A DNA stretch of 12,966 nucleotides from Coprothermobacterota bacterium (GTDB lineage Bacteria > Coprothermobacterota > HKB111), in the NCBI GenBank assembly GCA_037440465.1, contig JBBIUB010000024.1:1-12966 (forward strand), read 5' to 3'. The notes under the pieces are model-generated. The model had not been told where the DNA came from, searched no databases, and saw only the letters and a list, made by a program, of their open reading frames with translations. A program made the translations under genes and the position numbers. How positions within the stretch are numbered: the first letter of the stretch is position 1; each line of letters opens with the position of its first letter. Positions 6,042 through 12,966 of the stretch are shown here, in pieces.

Positions 6042-6509
6042 ATGGAAAAGGTAAAGCTTATAAATAAATTACTCCTTGCAACCTTAAATAATAGACGGGG
6101 TGCAGCTTTCTTTACTGTAATCCTTCTTCTGCTTGTTTCCACTGTTTTAGGTGGAGCCTTAGTTGTATCTTATGTATCAGTATCCAGGGCAACAGAGATA
6201 GAAGGGTATAAGGCTCAGTCTCTATATGTGGCTGAAGCTGGAGTAAACAGAGTCCTCTGGCGTTTGAAAAACGGGCAGGCTACATCCAGCCCCTACGAGG
6301 AAACAATAAACTTCTCAGGCTCTGGTTTTGATGGTAGATTCAGCGTATCATGGTTATCCGGTGGTGGGCAGATAACCCTTACCTCAACAGGCATTGTTCC
6401 CTTCACATCTCCTCTTAAAGAACGAAGGGCTGAAAGGGTAATAATGGCGGTAGCAAGTTCTACAACCTTTCAGATAACTTCATTTGAAGAACTTACAAAG
6501 ATGCGATGA
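6042..6509 (+). CDS. PilX/GspK-like minor pilin
   Basis: NNRRG|AAFFTVILLLL lacks Glu5, as is characteristic of PilX/GspK, and carries the QSLYVAEAGV motif and a later ITLTSTG strand typical of PilX N-terminal domains. Confidence 0.8.
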   Translation: MEKVKLINKLLLATLNNRRGAAFFTVILLLLVSTVLGGALVVSYVSVSRATEIEGYKAQSLYVAEAGVNRVLWRLKNGQATSSPYEETINFSGSGFDGRFSVSWLSGGGQITLTSTGIVPFTSPLKERRAERVIMAVASSTTFQITSFEELTKMR

Positions 6510-7501
6510 GTAAGCTTACTAAAGGCTTTACTCTTTTTGAGATAATAATATCCCTGACAATTCTCACCATTATTAGCTCAGGTTTGGCTTCTGTTTTTAG
6601 CACTTCCCTTTCAGGCATACCTTCAGCAGAAGAAAACAGGTTGGCATTTCTTTATGCCCAACGAGAGATGGAGAAAATTGTAAATACCAGCTTTGCAAAT
6701 ATTTCTGCGGAAAATTTTCCTGTAGTACCGACCACATACCCCGATGACAATCGTTTTAAATATGAGATAGCAGTCGTTGAAGAAGCACCAACTTCTCAAG
6801 ATCTCAAATCCGTCCGAATCCGTTTCTATATAGGCTCCTCCGCTCAGATTGCAGCTGAATTATTTAATTACATCTTCGCTACCACTACCGCAATCCTGGA
6901 AGATTTTGAGATAAATGGGGAGTTAACACCTCCTTTTAACTGGACTTCCTTCCCAGGAGGACAATGGAATGTAGTAAATTTTCCAATAGGAAATAGATGC
7001 TACCAATACAATCATCGTTTACAGGAAGGCACAGCTTACCCTAACTGGCCAGGTGCCAATAACTATTCAGTTGAATATAAATTATGGATTAACCGTAGCT
7101 CTGGAGAAACTTCTGAAACATTTTCGAGAGCATATTTAGGTGGAAGGTGTGCTCTTACTTCAAGTGGGGCAACTCAGGTAGGAGATGGTTATTATGTAAG
7201 AGTAGAAATCAATCATAGTCTCACTAGAGTCAGTTTGCTTAGAAGGGTAAATGGAGTATATACACCATCATTTATTGGTAGTATCATCACTTTCTCGACA
7301 AGTCTTTTTAATCAATGGCTTTATATTAAATTAGATATGAAGGGTAACCAGATTTCATACCATTTTGGTAATTCTTATCCTCCACCCCTACGGTTCACAA
7401 CAACAGATAATACTCGCAGCACAGGGGGCATATTCATCCGGGCTCTAAATAACCTTGGTACAAGAGAAGTACGTTTTGATGACATTAAAATTGAATACTA
7501 A
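6506..7501 (+). CDS. PilV/GspI-like minor pilin fused to a ~200-aa putative ConA/LamG-like lectin beta-sandwich
   Basis: TKG|FTLFEIIISL prepilin motif and an ATGA overlap with the upstream gene. The C-terminal part runs from EDFE...W through WLYIKLDMKGNQI to GGIFI...VRFDDIKI, a pattern typical of ConA-like jelly rolls. Confidence 0.8.
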   Translation: MSKLTKGFTLFEIIISLTILTIISSGLASVFSTSLSGIPSAEENRLAFLYAQREMEKIVNTSFANISAENFPVVPTTYPDDNRFKYEIAVVEEAPTSQDLKSVRIRFYIGSSAQIAAELFNYIFATTTAILEDFEINGELTPPFNWTSFPGGQWNVVNFPIGNRCYQYNHRLQEGTAYPNWPGANNYSVEYKLWINRSSGETSETFSRAYLGGRCALTSSGATQVGDGYYVRVEINHSLTRVSLLRRVNGVYTPSFIGSIITFSTSLFNQWLYIKLDMKGNQISYHFGNSYPPPLRFTTTDNTRSTGGIFIRALNNLGTREVRFDDIKIEY

Positions 7502-8027
7502 ACTGAATAATAAAGGCCTTACTGTAATTGAGTTGGTAGTAGCCCTTTTGGTTATGGGAATATTAATAGTTCCCATTACAACATTATTTCGACCCACAAT
7601 AACAGGATTCTTTGCTGGAAGCCCTCAGCTTAGATTACAGGAGGTGTTAAATGGTGCTATAAATGAAATATGCGACAACTTAAGAGAAAGTAAAGGCATA
7701 ACTGCTACAACTGCAAGCTCTATAACTTTTTTAAACAAAAATAATGCCAGCGTTACCTTTGAGTTAGACGGCGTAAATCAAGTTATAAAAAGAGTAGAAG
7801 GAGTTACCACTTATGTCCCTTACTACAACACCCCCACAGCCCCGGATAAAGTTAAGCTTAGTCTGGCTTTTACTTATTTTATTAAAGATAATGTTCAATG
7901 GGTAATTGGAGTAGACACTGATACTTCCCTTATAACGACAGTAAACATATCAATAACCGGAACTTATAGAACCGATCAGGATTATTCCCTTACTGTAAGA
8001 AATACTGTAAAATTAAGGGTGAAATGA
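7479..8027 (+). CDS. PilW/GspJ-like minor pilin
   Basis: NNKG|LTVIELVVALLVMGIL prepilin motif, and the ICDNLRES...SITF...FEL...IKR pattern of PilW/PulJ-like proteins. The start is more likely the ATG at 7479 (or TTG at 7491) than 7455. Confidence 0.8.
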   Translation: MTLKLNTKLNNKGLTVIELVVALLVMGILIVPITTLFRPTITGFFAGSPQLRLQEVLNGAINEICDNLRESKGITATTASSITFLNKNNASVTFELDGVNQVIKRVEGVTTYVPYYNTPTAPDKVKLSLAFTYFIKDNVQWVIGVDTDTSLITTVNISITGTYRTDQDYSLTVRNTVKLRVK

Positions 8028-9481
8028 TGAGAAGAATAACAGGTATAGAAATTAGTGAAGATTATGTAAAACTTATTGAAGTTTTTTATTCAAGAGATGG
8101 AAAAGTTAATCTCTCCAAAATATATGAATCTCCCCTTCCACCCACCAAAGATGATGGAGAAATAGCACAGGCACTAAAGAATATCGTAGGAGAAAGTAGA
8201 ATAAAGGGAAGAAAGGTTTTCTTAGCTATCCCGGAAGACCAGGTAGTCTCAAGAATCCTGGACCTTCCTCCTATGCCAGAGAAAGATGTAAAAAAGATTG
8301 TCCTTGACGAATTATCTACATTCAAAATATTTCAGGAAGATTACCCAGTTATAGAACTTTTCAAGTTAGAAGAAAAGGGAGATAACATAAGGTACTTGGT
8401 CATTGGTTCTCCGAGGAAATATCTGGTCCGCTGGATAAAGATTCTAAGGCAAGCTGGGCTTCAACTTAAAGGTGTAGATTTATCTCCCCTTTCTGCTTTC
8501 AGGGCGTTAAAGAATCTCAGACAGGATATTCTTACCGAGAAAAACTTTGCTTTCATATATGCAGGTGATAAAAATACCACTATATTTTTCGTAAAGGATG
8601 GAGAACTGGTCTTTCTCAGGGAGTTTAGCTCAGGAATTAAAGATATGCAGCAAAAAGATGAGGAGTTAAATAACTGGCTGGGTGAAGTATCTGGCACTTT
8701 AGCTTATTTCTTAAGAGAAGGCAGGGGAGAAATTTCTCAATTTTATGTCTCAGGCTCAACAAACACAGGTTATAATTATTCAGAATTAGTCCGTAATCTC
8801 CAGACAAGATTGAACCTCAAGGTAGATTTAATGAGTCCCTTTCTTAACCTTGATTTACCTCAAGATTTTGCTTATTTGATAGAAAATGGTAGTTCTTATT
8901 CTTCACTTATAGGTCTTACTCTTCAGGAATATGAAAATACTTTTAAGGTTAATCTAATACCCCAGGATGTAAGAGAATATAAAAAGGACCTCTTTAGGTT
9001 TATTTTTGCTTCTTTAGCTATTTTGGGGATAGGATTTACAGCAATCTCTCTTAGCTTATACCTGAGCACCTTTAGAATAGATTCCATTAACTCCATAAAA
9101 GAGATAAAAGAAAACCTGGCAATTGTTGAAAAATCCATAACTGATATGGCTTTTATTGAAGTAGACTTTAATAAAATCAGGTTAGAAGAAGAACGGTGGA
9201 GTAAAATACAAAACCAGTTTAGCCAGATAAACCTTTATAAAGGTATTCTTATAATCCTTAATTCAAGTGGAGATAAGGTTAAAATTGCTGATATTAATTA
9301 CGCTGAAGGCGATACCATTTATCTATCAGTAACCACTTTTGAATTTTCTCCTGTTTTTAGCTATAGAGATAGCCTTGCTGAGAGCGGAGTTTTTAATGAT
9401 GTCAGGATATTAAACTTTGAGAAGAGTGATAGGGGCATTCTTTCTCAAATAAAGGTGGAGGTTAAGAAAGATGGCAATTAA
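8024..9481 (+). CDS. pilM: PilM-PilN fusion (actin-like PilM domain, PilN VNLIP motif, TM helix, coiled coil and PilN-like extracytoplasmic domain)
   Basis: The N-terminal GIEISEDYVKLIEV, R.LDLPPM and AGLQLKGVDL motifs are PilM-like. VNLIP at 8948-8962 corresponds to the PilN INLLP motif and is followed by a hydrophobic helix in the same uninterrupted frame. Confidence 0.85.
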   Translation: MMRRITGIEISEDYVKLIEVFYSRDGKVNLSKIYESPLPPTKDDGEIAQALKNIVGESRIKGRKVFLAIPEDQVVSRILDLPPMPEKDVKKIVLDELSTFKIFQEDYPVIELFKLEEKGDNIRYLVIGSPRKYLVRWIKILRQAGLQLKGVDLSPLSAFRALKNLRQDILTEKNFAFIYAGDKNTTIFFVKDGELVFLREFSSGIKDMQQKDEELNNWLGEVSGTLAYFLREGRGEISQFYVSGSTNTGYNYSELVRNLQTRLNLKVDLMSPFLNLDLPQDFAYLIENGSSYSSLIGLTLQEYENTFKVNLIPQDVREYKKDLFRFIFASLAILGIGFTAISLSLYLSTFRIDSINSIKEIKENLAIVEKSITDMAFIEVDFNKIRLEEERWSKIQNQFSQINLYKGILIILNSSGDKVKIADINYAEGDTIYLSVTTFEFSPVFSYRDSLAESGVFNDVRILNFEKSDRGILSQIKVEVKKDGN

Positions 9482-10022
9482 AGAATACTATCCTCCCCTT
9501 AAGAAGATATTTAAAGTTCTTATGTACGTAGTGTTAATTTCACTCCTAACAGGGGTTATTTTTGTAAGCCTTAACTTCTACTTATTTAAAAGAGATATTA
9601 CTGCCCTTAATATTCTTACATCAAGCTTTCAGGAAAAAGAATCCAGTTTGATTACACTAAAATCTATGGAAGAATACACCATAAAAGCTAAGGAACTGAT
9701 AGATGAATACAAGGGAAGGGTTTTTTCGGAACCAGACATATTCCTCAAGAATCTACCTAAATTAATATCTGATAAAGGCTTATTAATAAATTCAATTAAT
9801 ATTGGAGAAGAAAGCACAACCTCTCTTGAAGATTCTTCTTTTTCATATATTACTATCAATCTTTCATTAAAGGGTAGTGAAAACTCCCTGCTTTCAATGT
9901 TAGATTACCTGGAGAATAAGTTGGAGAAAGAAGTTAGGGTATCTTCGCTTAATATTACCAGAGAAACGAGTAATCTCCTTCAAATTGAACTTAACCTGAT
10001 AATTATTATCTTTAGAGAATAG
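9471..10022 (+). CDS. pilO: PilO/GspM-like alignment subcomplex protein
   Basis: An N-terminal TM helix, a coiled coil, then the ITINLSLKGSENSLLSMLDYLE...VRVSSLNI ferredoxin-like pattern. It lies directly after pilMN with an 11-nt overlap. Confidence 0.75.
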   Translation: MAIKEYYPPLKKIFKVLMYVVLISLLTGVIFVSLNFYLFKRDITALNILTSSFQEKESSLITLKSMEEYTIKAKELIDEYKGRVFSEPDIFLKNLPKLISDKGLLINSINIGEESTTSLEDSSFSYITINLSLKGSENSLLSMLDYLENKLEKEVRVSSLNITRETSNLLQIELNLIIIIFRE

Positions 10023-10041
10023 GGAGAGTGAGGCTGAGAAA

Positions 10042-11697
10042 ATGAAACCTATAGGTCAGTTACTACTTGAAGAAGGTTATATTACTGATGAAGACCTTAA
10101 GAAAGCCCTGGAAGAGCAAAAAACAACCAGAGCACCTCTTGGTCAAATCCTTGTTGAAAGTGGCTTAATCTCTCCACAGACTTTGGGTAGGTTTTTATCT
10201 TCTCAGTCAGGGGTTTCCTATAAAAAACTATCTGAGATAAATCTTTCTCCAGAAGTGATAGGTTTACTTCCTGAGAACATTATTAAGAGCAAAAAAGTAT
10301 TACCACTTAGAATAATTGATGATGTTCTGGAAGTAGCAGTCCTTCCTCCTGTGAATCCTTTAAACCTGGATATAGTCAGAGAGATGACCGCCCATAAAGT
10401 AAGGCCTTATCTTGTCACAGATATGGAGTTCCAACAGTTCTTGAATAAATATTTTGACCTTAAGAGATCAGGTGGAGGAGCCTTCAAGGGAATAAGTATT
10501 GAAGAGAAAAAGGAAGTAGAAGCCCTAACAGAAGACACTCCTACTGTAAGGTTTGTAAATACCCTCCTCAGGGATGCTATAAACCAGAATGCTTCAGACA
10601 TACATTTAGACCCTACTCCAGAATTTGTTCGCGTTAGATATAGGTTAGATGGTATGTTAAACGATATGATGGAAATACCCCTCGCAGTTGCTGACTCGGT
10701 AATAGCTCGGGTTAAGATTTTAGCCGGGATGGACATAGCCGAGAAAAGGAGATCTCAGGATGGTAGATTTTCTCTTGAAGTGGGTGGAAGAGTCTTTGAC
10801 TTCCGGGTGTCGTCTATGGAAACCAGGCATGGAGAAAAGATTGGAGTGCGACTTCTTAAAAAAGCTCAGATAATGATTGAACTCTCACGGTTGGGAATGC
10901 TTGAAGAGCAACAAAAGATATATGAAAAAACCATTAAAAGACCTCATGGGCTCATATTAGTAACAGGCCCCACCGGTTCAGGTAAAACAACTACCCTCTA
11001 TGCTTCCCTGCATAAAATAAACTCACCAACTAAATCCATTTTTACTATAGAAGACCCTGTGGAATATGAACTACCTGGAATTATGCAAACTCAGATAAAC
11101 CCTAAAGCTGGTATCACCTTTGAAAAGGGAATTCGGTCAGTTTTAAGGTTAGACCCTGACATAATAATGGTTGGTGAGATAAGAGACTTAGAAACAGCCA
11201 GAACTGTGGTAGAAGGCGCTCTAACTGGACACCTGGTGTTATCTACCCTCCATACTAACGATGCACCCTCAGCAGTAATAAGGCTTATTGAGCTTGGAGT
11301 AGAGCCTTATCTGGTGGCATCAACTATGGCGTGCGTGGTTGCCCAGAGACTCTTGAGGACAATATGTTCTTCCTGTAAAGAGGATTACGAAGCTACACCC
11401 GAAGAAAAACAAATTCTTTATCCTATTTCACAATCTGAGTCAATCACCCTCAAAAAAGGAGTCGGTTGTAGTTTATGTAACTACACGGGATATCAAGGCA
11501 GAACAGGCATTTTTGAAATACTTCCTTTGTCTCCTCGTCTCCGAGAGATGATAACAGGAACAGAATCATCAGAACTTCTTAGAAAAACTGCTGAAATGGA
11601 TGGGATGATTAATCTCCTTGAAGCTTGTTTCACAAAAGTCAGAAAGGGTATAACAACCTTAGAAGAAGTATTAAGAGTGGTACCACCGAAGGAATAA
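10042..11697 (+). CDS. pilB: Type IV pilus assembly ATPase PilB/GspE with an N-terminal MshEN-like domain
   Basis: ASDIH, RYRLDG, DIAEKRRSQDG, Walker A GPTGSGKTT, TIEDPVE, LRLDPDIIMVGEIRD, His box TGHLVLSTLH, and a CSSC/CSLC zinc motif. Confidence 0.96.
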   Translation: MKPIGQLLLEEGYITDEDLKKALEEQKTTRAPLGQILVESGLISPQTLGRFLSSQSGVSYKKLSEINLSPEVIGLLPENIIKSKKVLPLRIIDDVLEVAVLPPVNPLNLDIVREMTAHKVRPYLVTDMEFQQFLNKYFDLKRSGGGAFKGISIEEKKEVEALTEDTPTVRFVNTLLRDAINQNASDIHLDPTPEFVRVRYRLDGMLNDMMEIPLAVADSVIARVKILAGMDIAEKRRSQDGRFSLEVGGRVFDFRVSSMETRHGEKIGVRLLKKAQIMIELSRLGMLEEQQKIYEKTIKRPHGLILVTGPTGSGKTTTLYASLHKINSPTKSIFTIEDPVEYELPGIMQTQINPKAGITFEKGIRSVLRLDPDIIMVGEIRDLETARTVVEGALTGHLVLSTLHTNDAPSAVIRLIELGVEPYLVASTMACVVAQRLLRTICSSCKEDYEATPEEKQILYPISQSESITLKKGVGCSLCNYTGYQGRTGIFEILPLSPRLREMITGTESSELLRKTAEMDGMINLLEACFTKVRKGITTLEEVLRVVPPKE

Positions 11698-11698
11698 G

Positions 11699-12895
11699 AT
11701 GCTTTTTTCATATATAGGTCGAGATAGTTCAGGTAAACCTATAAAAGGAGAGATAGAAACCACTTCATTGAGAGAGGCAGAAAGCCTTCTCAAAGGGAAA
11801 AATATCTACATAATTGAAGTAAAAAGAAAAATAACCTGGTCATTTAGAACTAGAAAAATATCACTTAGAGAATTGGTCTTCGTCTTGCAACAATTATCTT
11901 CTCTTCTCAGATCAGGCTTTACAATGAACAGTGCTCTTACAGTAGTAGAAGAAAACGCCAGAAATCCCGGGTTAAGAAAAATCCTGAAAAAACTCAGAGA
12001 AGATGTGACTGGTGGTATTTCTCTGTCCACCGCTCTTACTAAATATGGAGATACTTTCCCAAAAATATTTGTTGAGACAGTACGAGTTGGAGAAACGACA
12101 GGAAACTTAGATGTAATCTTTTCTCATCTTGCTGAATTTTTTACCAGAGAAGAGGACTTGAGAGGACGGATAAAAAACGCCTTCAGTTATCCTCTGGTTA
12201 TTCTATCAGTTATTGCCATTGCTGTAGTATTTCTTTTATTTACCTTGATACCTGTATTTACTAAGATATATATTCAGGCAGGTGTCACTTTACCTTCTCC
12301 CACCAGAATTCTCGTCTTTTTATCTAACCTTATGATTAATAACTGGTGGTTAATCATTCTGATAATAATATTGTTATCGGTACTACTTAAACTCTTTATT
12401 TCAACTTATAAAGGGAGAAGGTTTTTTGATAATCTATTATTTCATATGCCAACTCCTCTTGGAAGAATATACCGAGGTAGTATCTTTTTAAGAGTAACCA
12501 TCAGCTTGGAAATACTTTTAAAAAGTGGAGTGCTTCTCACAGAGTCTCTTTTACTTTTATCTAAAATGTCAGGGAATACAGTAATAGAAGAAGCCTTAAA
12601 TAAAAGTAGAGAAGGTGTCCTCCAGGGAAGAAGTTTTGGCAATTCCCTGAGAGATACCCGTATTTTCCCTAACCTTCTTACCAGAATGGTGGCAGTTGGA
12701 GAAGAGAGTGGACGCCTTGAAAATAGCCTTTCGGAAGTATCAAAACACATTGAAAGAGAGATGGATTACGATATTAGAGGGTTCCTTGTCAAACTGGAGC
12801 CAGCTCTTACTCTGGTTATGGGTGCCATTGTAGCTTTTGTCGCCTTAGCAATCTATTTACCCTTCTTTGATATGGCTAAGCTGGTGGGAAGATAA
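11699..12895 (+). CDS. pilC: Type IV pilus inner-membrane platform protein PilC/GspF
   Basis: 398 aa with two T2SSF domains: QLSSLLRSG, VGETTGNLD, AFSYP, LLKSGV, MVAVGEESGRL, LEP and AIYLPFF. Confidence 0.96.
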   Translation: MLFSYIGRDSSGKPIKGEIETTSLREAESLLKGKNIYIIEVKRKITWSFRTRKISLRELVFVLQQLSSLLRSGFTMNSALTVVEENARNPGLRKILKKLREDVTGGISLSTALTKYGDTFPKIFVETVRVGETTGNLDVIFSHLAEFFTREEDLRGRIKNAFSYPLVILSVIAIAVVFLLFTLIPVFTKIYIQAGVTLPSPTRILVFLSNLMINNWWLIILIIILLSVLLKLFISTYKGRRFFDNLLFHMPTPLGRIYRGSIFLRVTISLEILLKSGVLLTESLLLLSKMSGNTVIEEALNKSREGVLQGRSFGNSLRDTRIFPNLLTRMVAVGEESGRLENSLSEVSKHIEREMDYDIRGFLVKLEPALTLVMGAIVAFVALAIYLPFFDMAKLVGR

Positions 12896-12914
12896 AAGGA
12901 AGTTTTATTGTCTT

Positions 12915-12965
12915 TTACTTAAACAGAGTGAGCTTACCGTCCTTAATATGATAGACTTCGTCTGA
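12915..12965 (-). CDS. 3' end of a convergent gene, possibly an ABC-type ATPase (partial)
   Basis: The minus strand reads SDEVYHIKDGKLTLFK*, resembling the 'aDrvyxlkdGkl' C-terminal strand pattern of ABC ATPases. Only 16 residues are visible. Confidence 0.45.
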   Translation of the reverse strand, partial: SDEVYHIKDGKLTLFK

Positions 12966-12966
12966 T

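Noticed and set aside
1212..12750. Short alternative-frame or antisense ORFs (1212-1394, 1840-2037, 3307-3513, 5141-5335, 5185-5367, 5641-5898, 5954-6142, 8086-8325, 8461-8697, 8923-9138, 9629-9859, 10407-10736, 11493-11711, 11806-12030, 12442-12750)
   Set aside because: All overlap well-supported genes and show no recognisable motifs.
1..12966. CRISPR array, rRNA, intact transposase or integrase
   Set aside because: No regularly spaced repeat-spacer structure, rRNA-like sequence or recombinase/transposase ORF was seen.

Overview
The window is AT-rich bacterial DNA dominated by a type IV pilus (T4aP/T2SS-like) locus. The left ~230 bp are hairpin-rich and look like the end (att junction) of an integrated element. 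Next come a decayed hicB-hicA toxin-antitoxin pair (short hicB, truncated and frameshifted hicA), REP-like palindromes and xth (exonuclease III). The pilus genes follow: a major pilin with its own terminator, a degenerate FimT/GspH-like pilin, and a ~950-aa pilin-adhesin on the minus strand (pilin domain, six Ig-like stalk modules including a near-perfect 372-bp duplication, and a tip domain). Transcribed divergently from the adhesin is a tightly coupled operon: pilX-like, pilV-like (pilin plus putative lectin domain), pilW-like, a pilM-pilN fusion, pilO, pilB and pilC. The most notable structure is a pair of paralogous PilV/GspI-like pilins with the same pilin scaffold but unrelated cargo. 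They point away from each other across a symmetric back-to-back promoter, and its TGTG(T/A)TAAAAT motif also precedes the major pilin. This suggests a pilus with interchangeable modular tip adhesins. No secretin, PilP, PilT, PilD, PilY1 or intact recombinase gene is visible in the window. All family assignments are by motif recognition, not database search.
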